From positions 1,736,001 through 1,800,000 of the forward strand of contig CATOCA020000001.1 in NCBI GenBank assembly GCA_951406725.2: DNA of 64,000 bases. The letters run 5' to 3'. A program made the position numbers and the translations under genes. Every line of letters begins with the position of its first letter. Positions within the stretch are counted from its first letter, which is position 1. The notes beneath the pieces are model-generated. The model ran no database searches and was not told the origin of the DNA. It saw only the letters and a program-made list of their open reading frames with translations. Below, one piece after another: positions 1 through 12,342 of the stretch. Origin of the DNA: Octopus vulgaris (taxonomy: Eukaryota).

Positions 1-294
1 TTTGTGTGTCTATATTTGTCCTCCCAACATCGTGTGGAAACCGATGTTCGTGGGTCCTGGTAACTTAGCGGTTCGTCAAAAGACACCCATAGAATAAGTA
101 CTAGGCTTACAAATAATAAGTTCTGGGGTCGATTTGTTCGACTAAAGGCGGTGCTCCAGCATGGCTGCAGGCAATTGACTGAAACAAATAAAAGAATAAT
201 AGAATACATACACACACACACGTACATGCATATATATGTGTGTATGCATATATATATATTTACGTGTATGTGTGTGTATATGTATATATATATG

Positions 295-333
<39 letters not shown>

Positions 334-429
334 TAATACTTTGAGGGAATATTATTCCTAACTTACAGGGGAAAATTCAATTTAGAAGTACTAAATCAAA
401 TTTCACAAAATATAATTTAATATAATATA

Positions 430-485
<56 letters not shown>

Positions 486-486
<1 letters not shown>

Positions 487-886
487 GCGCAGGAGTGGCT
501 GTGTGGTAAGTAGCTTGCTTACCAACCACATGGTTCCGGGTTCATTCCCACTGCGTGGAACCTTGGGCAAGTGTCTTCTACTATAGCCTCGGGCCGACCA
601 AAGCCTTGTGAGTGGATTTGGTAGACGGAAACTGGAAGAAGCCCGTCTTATATATGTATATATATGTATGTATGTATATGTTTGTGTGTCTGTTTTTGTC
701 ACTCCACCATTGCTTGACAACCGATGGTGGTGTGTTTACGTCCCGTATCTTAGCGGTTCAGCAAAAGAGACCGATAGAATAAGTACTGGGCTTACAAAGA
801 ATAAGTCCCGGGGTCGAATTGCTCGACTAAAGGCGATGCTCCAGCATGGCCGCAGTCAAATGACTGAAACAAGTAAAAGAGTAAAA

Positions 887-888
<2 letters not shown>
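486..888 (+). mobile_element. tRNA-derived SINE family A (CORE-like centre, CR1-type tail), full copy
   Basis: A/B-box-like head, CCTTGGGCAAG core, tail GCTCCAGCATGGCCGCAGTCAAATGACTGAAAC. Partial or old copies at about 1-200, 8230-8490, 18310-18475, 19300-19455, 43880-44170, 57720-58128. Confidence 0.9.
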
Positions 889-941
<53 letters not shown>

Positions 942-1753
942 TATATATATATATGTATGTATGTATGCATGTAAGTCGACCACAATATACAATTTAATTT
1001 AGATTGGTTGATTCTCTCAATTTCGATCCCTTTTGATAAAGACAAGGAATTCTGTCTTCTCAGTAATTCAGAACTATTATTTATTTTTTCTAGAACTTCC
1101 CTTGTACACTCGGTTATAGACCGTGTATACCGATGTTGGTAGTGTGTTGATATATGTGCATGTGTGCCTTTCTTTATATACATATATATATACATACCTA
1201 TACATGTCTATGTATGTATATAAATTTATATGGTATTTGAGTGTATATACATATATACATATTTACATACACACACACATAGGTAGATAGATAGATAGAT
1301 GTCGGAAGGTAGATACATAAATAAATTCATGTGAATACATATATATATATATATGCTCCACACAAAGGGTTTCATTCAGTTTCTATCTACCAATCGGCAC
1401 AGACGGCTGTAGTTGGCCACAACTATAATGGAAGAGAATTGCCAAATGTGGGGTTGAACCAGGAATCATTTGGTTGTGAAACAAACTTCTTACCACACCG
1501 ACACATTTGGAAGCACATAATCGTTGATCGAGCAGACATGATCACAAGCATTCCATCCACGACCATCTTGATGATTTACATGCATTTAGAATTACACTAT
1601 GTAATCTGTCATACGATATATGACTAAGGTGAGATTTGGGCTAAAATTTGGCTGCTATTTCTTGTAGATCAAATGAACCCCACAAATCCAATCGTTACAT
1701 GCTTCTGTGTATGTTTGTGTGTGTGCGTGTATGCCCATGTATGTGTGTGTGTG

Positions 1754-1796
<43 letters not shown>

Positions 1797-2335
1797 CCGT
1801 GTGTGTGTCCTGTTCTGCTTGTAAGTAAAGCCTTTTGTCAGCGTTGTAAATTTAATCTCGTATTTTATCTGGAAATTAGGTCGAGTGTTTATGACATTCC
1901 TCTTGTGTTGCATGGCTGCCATGGTATATACAAGCGGGGAAGGCCATTGCCGCTCCTAACAGAAGTCATTATGTAAATAATGTCAGTAGAAAGAAGATAA
2001 GATAATTCAATATTTGAAGTGGTGTGCAAAGTTGTTTGAATGTCAGTGGCTTATTTGGTCCACGTGAGTTCAATTCCTTGTAAAGTATTGTGTCCTTGAG
2101 TAAGACTCTTTATTTCCCGTTGCTTCAGTTCAATCTGCTGGTAAAAATAAGTAGTACCTGTATTTCAAAGGGCCAGCCTTGTCCCACTCTGTGTCACGCT
2201 GATTCTCCCTCAGAATTACGTTAATTGTACACGTTTCTGTGGAGTGTTCGGCCCCTTGGACAATAATTTCACGAGGAGGCTGTTCCGTCGATCGGACACC
2301 GTGGAACCTTTGTTATTGTAACTAACTGAGTGTCA

Positions 2336-2413
<78 letters not shown>

Positions 2414-2469
2414 TGTATGTGTGTGTATGTGTGTGGGTGTGTATGTATATATATATATATATATATATA

Positions 2470-3724
2470 TAAGTTTGTCTGGAAAGTTCTGAGTGGTTTA
2501 AATAAGCAAAAAGGCTATAAATAATTTAGCTTTTAAGTAATTGTAATTAATGAAATATTTTCTGTTTTTATTAATGACCTCTGCTCATCTATCTGGCAAT
2601 TTAGATATTCCATTAATAAAGAATTTGACTGATTTTGAATAGAAAAAAGCTATCTAGATGCATCTTCACTCCATCTAAATCGTTAAATCTTTTGCCTTAC
2701 AATGAGTTCTGTAGAGACAAAAACATGACAATGGTTGATTGAAGTAAGAGATCCCAGCCAAGTTCATGTCACTTTGTTCGGTTATCCAAAGAGACATGCG
2801 GTCGGGCATTGCCTGGTTGAAACACTACCCCTTTCCTATTGGTAATTTCCGGCCTCAAGTCCTTGGTTATTTTGATTCAAATTACCCAACTGACGACAGT
2901 ACACATCAGAATTAATGGTCTGGTCTTGTGGGAGAAACTCATAATAAATAATGCCTTTGTGATCCCACCAAACACAAAGCATATCTTTTTCGGTGTGGAT
3001 ATTCGTCTTTGGCAGCTGTTTTAGGGATCATCACGCAAATACCAGGATCTTTTGGGCACAACGTTTTCGTACACAATCCAGTTTTCTTCTCCAGTCACAA
3101 GTTTCTTAAAAAAGCATGCTTCATTTCGTTTCAAAAACATATTACAAATGGAATACCAGTCCAAGCAATTCTTTTCTCAGATCTGTGGGGGACCCATACA
3201 TTATAACGAGAAATGCATCCTAGCTTCCCTAGGTGTTCCTGAGCTGTACTTACAGAAACTTCCAATTCCTCTGCAAGTTCTCTAGTCGTGATATTTGAGC
3301 TCTCTTCGAAGTTTGCCTTCAATACATCTTCATCCAATGTTGAAGGTCTTCCACTGCGGCCGTCATCTTTCAAGCTAAACTCTCCAGCTTCAAATTTTGC
3401 AAACCACCTTCGAATCGTTGATTCACCTACAACATGGTCACAATTAAACTTCGCAAATGTTTTTGAAAGTCTTTGCAGAATTTTGCCCTTTTTTTTTAAG
3501 AAAAGCATTATAATGGGAATATAAAGTTTTCGGTTATCTAATCCGAATGTCAATAAAGGGCAACCGGAATGAAATATAAATCTATTTTTAGCCAGGAACA
3601 AAGAATAGGGGCACTACCACTTCAAGCAACGCCAAAGTTTCGATTGTGTTACGTTTCAGGTGTGTTCAATGAAGCGTTAAAAGATTTAGCTTAAACACCC
3701 CCACAACTTTCCGGACAACCTAGT
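2470..3724 (-). mobile_element. Mariner-type DNA transposon, defective
   Basis: TIRRWFAKFEAGEFSLKDDGRSGRP and WVPH motifs; imperfect TIRs (TTGTCTGGAAAGTT / AACTTTCCGGACAA) next to TA. Confidence 0.88.
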
Positions 3725-4009
3725 ATACGCAAAAGGTGCATGGAGGACGGTTTAAAAAAAGAAAAACATGACATATATTGATGAGAGATCTAGAAGCATT
3801 TAGGAAAGATTAAACGTACATTTGAGACTTATGAAAACAAAAAATAAACAGTCCTCCATATTCTACCAACATGCCCAAAAAACCGAACTGAAGGTACACT
3901 AGGCCGACTTCACACCCGCATTTTATCGTAGAAGGTAGTGACACCCCAATCCCACACTATATACAGATACACAGATACACAGGTAGATTTGTTAGTTGAC
4001 TGTTATATA

Positions 4010-4066
<57 letters not shown>

Positions 4067-4292
4067 GAAATATTAAAATTACTAAGTCTCTCTGAAGGAG
4101 ATTACGGCAGCGTTACTGGAAATTAACAGCTATCGCCATACTAATATGGCAGTCTTATAAATATGAGACTAAAGCTGTCGCTGATTAGCTCCAAGAGGCC
4201 ACCGCCTCTAGCTAGCTACTTGGCACACAAACTGCGTCCGTTATAAACCTTCGAACAGGGGAGGTCGGCCGCTTCATCCTGCTAGTCAGACA

Positions 4293-4335
4293 GCTGCAGA
4301 CATGTTTCCGGGTTGTTGCACTTTATCAATGCAGC
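4293..4335 (-). ncRNA. Degenerate hammerhead motif, core UUGAUAA
   Basis: GCTGCA-TTGATAA-...-GAAA-CATG-TC-TGCAGC: perfect stem I, poor stem II. Confidence 0.55.
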
Positions 4336-4402
4336 GTAGTCGACCCGCAGGTGTCGCTACTGACCGTCTCTGTTCGAAGATTCTATTTACATAGTTACAG
4401 TG

Positions 4403-4459
<57 letters not shown>

Positions 4460-4463
<4 letters not shown>

Positions 4464-5190
4464 GTTGTCTGGAAAGTTCGTGCCAATTCTTAAAGGAAAG
4501 AAAAAGGTCAATAAATACTTGCCATTACATTTTTAATCAACAAAATATGAACCACAATGCGTTTCCATCTTCCCTTTAACTTGAAAATACCCTCTTCCCA
4601 GAATTGGGGTGTTTTCATGGCAAAGAATTCATCAAGGTATGTTTTTACATCATCCAAGGAATTAAAATTTTTACCATTAAGACTATTCTGCAGAGACCTG
4701 AATAAGTGCAAATCCGAAGGAGCAATATCTGGTGAATATGGAGGGTTGGGTAACACATCCTAGCCGAGCTGCAGCAATTTTTGTCTGCTTCCCAAGGAAA
4801 CGTGTGGTCTTGCATTATCATGTTGGAAAACAACACCCTTCCTGTTGGCCAATTCTGGACATTTCTCTTGAACTCGTCCAGTTGTGGGCAGTATTTGCCA
4901 GAATTAATAGTCTGGTTACTTGGGAGAATCTCATAGTACAGAATTCCTTTCCAATCCTACCAGACACAAATCAAGACTTTCTTAGGGTAAAGACCCGCTT
5001 TTGGGGTGGCTTAAGGTGGCTCATGTCGCTTAATCCAGGATCCCTTTCTCCGAATATTTCGGCAGATAATCCATTTCTCATCACCTGTCACAATTTGCTT
5101 TAAAAAGATACGTTTTCATTCCGTTTCTAAAGCGAATCACAGATGGAAATGCGATCCAAAAGGTTCTTCACACTCAACTCTGTGATTCCC
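4460..5190 (-). mobile_element. Mariner transposon 3' half
   Basis: PPYSPDIAPSDLHLF motif; TIR GTTGTCTGGAAAGTT at the (TA)n edge; truncated by the Penelope-like element. Confidence 0.85.
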
Positions 5191-6760
5191 TTTATAAACG
5201 GAAGTGGTCAGTGCTGGAGTGTGCGTGGTGGTGTGATGCGATGCGATGTGGTCTCGTGTGGTATGGTGGTGTATAGTGCAGTGGTGTGTAGTGTGGTATG
5301 ATGGTGTTGGGAGGTGGGAGAGGCGAGAGTGGGGAAAGCAAGGGTGGGGTGTGGGTTAGGCTGATGGTGGGGGTAGATGTGGAGTATGTGGGTAGGATGA
5401 GGGTGGGGGTAGAGGTGGGGTATGTGGAAGTGTGTGTGAGAGATGGTGTGGGATGGATTGGGAAGGTGGGGTTGCCGAGTCGAATGTCTCGGAGGTGTTC
5501 CGTGAACCGGTCAGCCAAGCGGCGTCCCGTTTGCCCGATGTATAGAGAAGGGCAGAGAGAGTAGGAGATGCAGTAGATGACATTGGTAGAGGTGCAGGTG
5601 AAGGAGTCGGTGATGCGATAGGGTCGATGTGGCGGGGAGGAGACTGGTGTTGGGGAGGTCAGGGCAAGTGCGGCAGCGTGGGCGGGAGCAAGGGAACGAG
5701 CCGGGTTGGGAGGTTTGGTTCGCGAAGAAGCTGTATACCAAAAGGTCTTGTAGGTTGTGGGCTCGTTTGAAGGAGGGGAGGTGTCGGTTATGGAAGATGT
5801 GCGAAGTGCAGGGGTCGGACTGGAGTCGCCGGAAGTCTCCGAGAATGTTGTGTTGGAGAGATAGGGTGGTGGTGGGTCGGTGATGGGAAATGGGAGACGG
5901 TAGACGGCGGCGCTGGTGCGGGGTTGAGAACAGATGCACGATCCATCGAACGGGCTGTGGCAAGGGCGGTGTGGATAGTGGTGAGGGGATATGCACGTAG
6001 GATGAATTGGCGAGCCATGAGTTGAGACTGAGTCTCAAAGTCATGGTCGTCACTACAGAACCTGCGTCGACGGAGGAATTGAGAATAGAGGATGGCAAGA
6101 TTAATGTGTTTAGGGTGGGAGGAGGTGAATTTGAGGTATGAGTGTGAGTCTGTGTGTTTGTACTGGATGGAGGTGGTGAGAGTGGAATGATGAATGCTGA
6201 TCGAAACGTCAAGAAAGGTGACAGAGGTGTCTGAGATAGTGCAGGCGAAGTGGAGGACTGGATGGAAAGATTTGACAAAAGAGAGGAAGGAGTCTAGATG
6301 TTCGCGGGAGAGTGAGGTCGCACGAATACAGTCGTCAATATAACGACCGTATAGATCGGGAGTGGGACCAGTGAAACTGGAGAATATTTGGACTCAACAT
6401 AGCCAACGAACAGGTTTGCATCGTTGAGACCCATTCTTGTTCCCATGGCCACTCCCGAAAACTGCTGGTAAAAAGCACCAGCGAACGAGAAGCTGAGTGA
6501 AAGAACAATTTCGGCCAGACGAACGGGTGTGGAAGTGTCGGGTTGGGGGTTAGGTCGAAGGTCAATGAAATGATGGATTGCCCGCAGCCCCTCGAGTTGA
6601 AGGATCACTGTGTAAAGCCTCTGGATGTGGAGAGTGAAGAGAAGTTTTGAGGGGCCAGGAGGGAAGGAGAAAGAGTTGAACAAACGAAGTGCATGGTTGG
6701 TGTCATGGATGTGAGAGGGAGGGGAAGCCACTAGGAGGGCAAGAACGCGGTCAGGATAAA
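5190..6760 (-). mobile_element. Penelope-like retroelement remnant (RT plus GIY-YIG)
   Basis: FYQQFSGVAMGTRMG...ANLFVGYVE (RT); CSRPRCRTC and LYIGQTGRRLADRFTEH (GIY-YIG) across frameshifts. Confidence 0.85.
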
Positions 6761-6829
6761 TATATATCTCTGTGTCTTATTTGTACTATTTTCTTTAAGA
6801 TTATCAAACTTCTGGCCATAATTCTCAGA

Positions 6830-7930
6830 AACCTTTACCACCATGTTTGTCCCATCTAAGGTCACATAGGAAATGGTTTACTCTTCGAGATTTATAAAGG
6901 TGTTAACGCAAGTGCGGCAGCAAGATCTATTCAGAGCAGTTATGGTGATGATCTAGGGAATGAAAGAAGTTGCAGGAGGTGGTTTTCCCGTTTCCAAAGT
7001 GGTGGTTTCCCTTTGAAAGAAGAGCCAAAAGGGGGTCATTCAAAAAAATTTGATTCCAAAATGTTGGAAGCTCTTGTTTCTGAGAACTCTACCGTTACCA
7101 CTAGGGAACTTGCAGAACAGTTAAACATGGCCCATACAATTGGGATACGCCAGGTAAAACACATTGGACAGGTTTCAATGGCTGGAAAATGGGTCCCTCA
7201 GGAGCTGTCTCCAGAGAATCAACAACAGCATGCTGCTTGTGGCCAATCATTGCTTTCGCGATACTTTCAAGCAACATATTTAGACAGGCTCGTTACATGT
7301 AATGAGAAGTGGATTCTTTACCATAATGTTAAACGCTGTCGTTCTTGGACCAGTCGAGGAGGATGGCCAGTTCAACAACCGAGAGCAGGACATCCTACAA
7401 AGAAGATCATGTTGAGTGTATGGTGGGATATTAAAGGAGTAATTCATTGTGAACTGTTGGTCAACAACCAAACAATTAATGCTTAGCTTTCCTGTGAGAA
7501 ACTTCGTCGTTTGAAAACAGTTCTGAGCCAAAAATCAAGTACCCTTGGTTAACAGAAGGGGTGTCATCTTCCATCATGACACAGCACGACTAACGAAAAC
7601 TCTCTTCGAAGAACTTGGTTGGAAAATACTGCCTCATCCTCCATATTCTCCTGACCTTGTTCCTTCTGATTACCATTCGTTCCGAGGACTACAGAACTAT
7701 TTTGATGGACTTAACCACCAGAGAAGAGATTGGAAATGAGTTGGATTCATATTTTCGTTCTAAACCTACAGAATTTTACAAGCGAGGCATTTATGAGGTT
7801 TTTGAAAGCTGGAATAAGGTCATTGAAAGCAACTGAGAGTGAATTAAGGAATAAATACTTCCATAGTCGTTGACTTATTCATCTTTACCTTAGATCTTTC
7901 AATCGGACATTACTTGTGCACCAACCCGAA
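6830..7930 (+). mobile_element. Mariner transposon, defective
   Basis: WVPQEL, VTCNEKWILY, MLSVWWD, HPPYSPDLVPSDYH; TIR-like ACTTGTGCACCAACC at the right end. Confidence 0.88.
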
Positions 7931-7996
7931 ACCTACATACATATATATATGTATAAATGTATAAATGTATAAATGCCAATACAATTCTTGTTAACT

Positions 7997-8047
7997 AGCT
8001 TCCTGAAGATTTCTCTTGAATGAAACAGTTCTAGTCCTGTAGAAGCT
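7997..8047 (+). ncRNA. Type I hammerhead ribozyme motif
   Basis: AGCTTC-CTGAAGA-TTTCTCTTGAAT-GAAA-CAG(TTCTAGTC)CTG-TA-GAAGCT: 6-bp stem I, canonical core, first pair of stem II mismatched. Confidence 0.8.
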
Positions 8048-8130
8048 CCTTCTATATAATAAATTAATTTTACTCTGCTATGTATTGAGTACCTTATTTA
8101 CTGTGGTTAACCCCGAATCAACCCGGGACC

Positions 8131-8168
<38 letters not shown>

Positions 8169-8238
8169 CATACAGATATATAAATCGTTAAACTAATATA
8201 TGTCTTGTTTTTCATTCGTTTCTCTCGCCGTATATATG

Positions 8239-8273
<35 letters not shown>

Positions 8274-8557
8274 TTGTGTGTCTGTGTTTGTCCCTCCCAA
8301 CATCGCTTGACAACCGATACTGGTGTGTTTACGTCCCCGTAACTTAGTGATTCGGCAAAAGATTCTGATAGAATAAGTACTCGTCTTACAAAGAATAAAT
8401 AAGTCCTGGGGTCTATTTCCTCGACTAAAGGCGGTGCTCCAGCATGGCCGCTGTCAAATGCCTGAAACGAGTAAAAGAGAGAAAGAGAGAATTCTCCCCA
8501 CCTCTACGTGGTTGTTCTGCATAGAACAATGTTACTACAATCTGCTGGTTAGCGACA

Positions 8558-8598
<41 letters not shown>

Positions 8599-8730
8599 CC
8601 TCTTTATTCTTTTAGGGATTGCGGCGATGCTGGGGCAGAGCCTTGAAGAATTATTACTGGAATATATCGGCCGCATTACTTTTTTGTAAAATCTGTTATT
8701 TATTCTCTCTCTCACTCTCTCTCTCTCTCT

Positions 8731-9134
8731 TTTACTCTTTTACTTGCTTCAGTCATTTGACTGCGGCCATGCTGGAGCACCGCCTTTAATCGAGCAACTC
8801 GACCCCGGGACTTATTCTATTGTAAGCCCAGTACTTATTCTATCGGTCCCTTTTCCCGAACCGCTGAGTAACGGGGACATAAACACACCAGCATCGGTTC
8901 TCAAGCAATGCTAGGGGGACAAATACAGACACACAGACACACACACGCATATATACATATATACATGTATACAACGGGCTTCTTTCAGTTTCCGTCTACC
9001 AAATCCACTCACAAGGCTTTGGTCGGCCCGAGGCTATAGTAGAAGACACTTGCCCAAGATGACACGAAGAGGGACTGAACCCGGAACCATGTGGTTGGTA
9101 AACAGGATACTTACCACACAGCCACTCCTGCGCC
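8731..9134 (-). mobile_element. SINE family A, full copy
   Basis: Reverse complement of 486-888. Confidence 0.9.
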
Positions 9135-9414
9135 TATCAATATATTTTGCTTAACCATTAACTGATGGGCTCGTAAACAAACCTGCACCGGTTGCCAAGC
9201 GGTATCTTAAGCGGGGTAGCACACATAGACACACAGATATATACATACTTAAATACAACGGAATTCTTTCAGTTTCTATCTACTAATTCCGTTTAAAAGG
9301 TTTTGGTCACCCCGAGTGTAGAGTAGAGGACACTCACCAATGTGTCATGCAATGGGACTAAATTCGGAAGCATGTCGCTGCGAAGCAAGTTTTCCATATA
9401 TAGAAATAGACAGG

Positions 9415-9490
<76 letters not shown>

Positions 9491-9561
9491 TGGTAAAAAA
9501 TGTAAGATAAGAAAAGAAAGAAAGAGATCTCAATATTATGTAAATAGAGGAAATTTATCTA

Positions 9562-9773
9562 TAAAATAATATGTTACATTTACTCAATAGTCAAGATAAA
9601 ACTCTGAGTTTCAGATGCCGAAGTGGAAATCCACAACACCATCTGTTCGGTTATTTTTTCATAGCGTTTTTCAGATGGCCAGATAACCGAACAGATGGTG
9701 TTGTGGATTTCCACTTCGGCATCTGAAACTCAGCTTTATCTTGACTATTGAGTAAATGTAACATATTATTTTA
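9562..9773. repeat. ~90-bp fold-back inverted repeat in a (TA)n island
   Basis: Arms about 9562-9655 and 9682-9773; a single-arm relative lies at 38408-38520. Confidence 0.9.
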
Positions 9774-9779
9774 TATATG

Positions 9780-9859
<80 letters not shown>

Positions 9860-10231
9860 AATGTGTGCGTGTGTCTGTGTCTGTGTGTCTGTGTGTTTCT
9901 GTGTACATATAATTTCCTACTACATACTTTATTTTTTATATTTCTTGTGTTACCTTTACTATGATTCAAAGCAATCGCATTATCGTTTAGCGCAATGAAG
10001 TTTCGTGTTAATTATCGAAGTTGCAATGGTTATACTGGACCGGGTCTTACGAAGCTTTTGGCTGTAATAAAGCCAGATCAGGGAATTTAGGAACAGCCAA
10101 AAACGAATTAAATGTTACAGAATTTATTTGGGATTTATTAAATACTTTCTTATACGACAGTCACGATTATGCGTTGAAGACAAAATAAGTTTTCACTTAT
10201 TTGATGCGCAGCACTTCAGGAGCAATTAACA

Positions 10232-10288
<57 letters not shown>

Positions 10289-10447
10289 CACGTTTCTCTA
10301 TCTTGGTAGTCATGGTGCAATACTAATAAATGACCACTTAAAAAAATATATCAATTTATTTGAAAGCTAGAAAAAGCAAAATGCTGTAATTAAAATGTTG
10401 GTAGAGGAGGAGTGTGAGAAAATGAATACAGAATGAAAGGAAGAAGA

Positions 10448-10585
10448 TTAATTTAAGCCACAGCACAGGAATTTATGACATGGCAGCCATGGAAACAGCT
10501 TTATGGTGGTGACATCTAGCGGATAAATGGGTGCGTAGCAATGGGATTTGGGAAATAATCCCAGGCACTCATTTATAACTTTCAT
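10448..10585 (-). other. Candidate 45-aa Cys-rich small ORF or terminal exon, copy 1
   Basis: [45 protein letters not shown], followed by a pyrimidine-rich tract and AATAAA. Confidence 0.3.
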
Positions 10586-10740
10586 GGGTTGTTAAGGAAA
10601 GTATGAACCCACTCTCATATAAGTATGTATGTACGGGTGCATGTGTAGTCATGTATGTACATATATATATACGTATATATGTATATACATACATACTTAT
10701 ATATATATTTATGTATATATGTATATATATATATATATAC

Positions 10741-10822
<82 letters not shown>

Positions 10823-10926
10823 GCAAATATGTGAGTATAGAGCTGTGTATGTATATGTATGTTAGTGTGTATATTCACTTATGTTTATATATATGTATAT
10901 ATATGTGTGTATTTATGCATGTGAGT

Positions 10927-10963
<37 letters not shown>

Positions 10964-11359
10964 GAAAATAGGAATAGACTTGAATATATTATCAAGTCTC
11001 TTCATGTATAAATATAACATTTTTCTTTAATTGCGTTAGTTATTGGACTGCGGCCAGACTGGGGCAGCTCCGTGAAGTTTTCAGTGGAACAACTCGATGT
11101 ATCTACTTGCTAATTCTATTCCTTATCCCCATCGGTTCTGTTTTTACTGAACATCTCAGTATAGGGACGTAACCAGAACCCTACTGATGGTCAAGCGGTG
11201 GTCGTCGAAATCCCATCCCCCGGGGCACAAACCCACACATACATACATCAGGCTACTTTCAGTTGCTGTCAATCGAATTCTCGCATAATCCATTAGCTCC
11301 GATTCGGAGTAGACTGAACTTGGACCCATGTGGTTACAAATACCAGACCCTTCCACTTG

Positions 11360-11590
11360 ACTGCTGTGGTGCCACTCTTGGCTGTCACCATTCTTAAGGG
11401 AATAGAACTGTTTGTGGGACCGTTTCCTCAGCTTATCCTTCCTAGGGCGACATATTATAACAAGAACACTGCATCAGTGTTGAAGATTCGCCTCTTCTCA
11501 CCCATGGCTTTGTTCGATTGTTCACGCAATCCTGTTTCCATTCGGACTATGTACAGCTTGGGACAAAAGTCTGATATTCTGAGGAAATAT
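11360..11590 (-). mobile_element. Short degenerate mariner transposase fragment
   Basis: KAMGEKRRIFNTDAVFLL resembles the AIxEKR...VLLLHDNA segment. Confidence 0.4.
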
Positions 11591-11636
11591 GTGTATTTGC
11601 ATACATACATAATACATACATACATACATACATACA

Positions 11637-11688
<52 letters not shown>

Positions 11689-11879
11689 AATTAAATTAGA
11701 GATAAAACCACTATTAGGCAAATAAAACAGTGAAAAGCATAAACCAAAACATAAAAATAAATATAATTAATATAATATACAAAATATATAAAATATAAAA
11801 TTTAAAATTTAAATTATTTAGATTTAAATTTTTTAAATTTATATTTATAAATTTTAAAATATATTTTTTAAATTTTTAA

Positions 11880-11920
<41 letters not shown>

Positions 11921-11963
11921 TCCTAAATCTAATTTTTACCTGTAAGTTGGATTTACTCCCTAG

Positions 11964-12012
<49 letters not shown>

Positions 12013-12095
12013 GAAGGTGGAAATAGCACAGAATTTGTTCAAAGACATTTCAATTTCAGAGGGGATTTAATAAAAGATTATATAAATAAAATATT

Positions 12096-12135
12096 AATAT
12101 TACCGGTTTCGATGTATTTCATCTTATCAAATTAT
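12096..12135 (-). ncRNA. Degenerate hammerhead motif, core UUGAUAA
   Basis: TTGATAA-GATG(AAATA)CATC-GAAA-CCGG-TA; weak stem I. Confidence 0.5.
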
Positions 12136-12184
12136 CAGGAGACGTTTTAAGTAAAAACTGTCTACCTTCTGTCTGGAAGTCAGG

Positions 12185-12248
<64 letters not shown>

Positions 12249-12342
12249 TATGTTAGGGAATATAATTCCAAACTTACTGGGAAAAATTCAATTTAGGAAT
12301 TCTAAATCAAATTTCAAAATATATAATAAATATATATATATT

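Noticed and set aside
151-2524. Numerous YI/VC/HT-rich short ORFs here and throughout the window
   Set aside because: Translations of (TA)n and (CA)n tracts and SINE sequence.
10473-10516. SECIS-like AUGA...AAA...UGA hairpin in the conserved block
   Set aside because: Helix length and GA-quartet register do not fit, and there is no upstream selenoprotein ORF.
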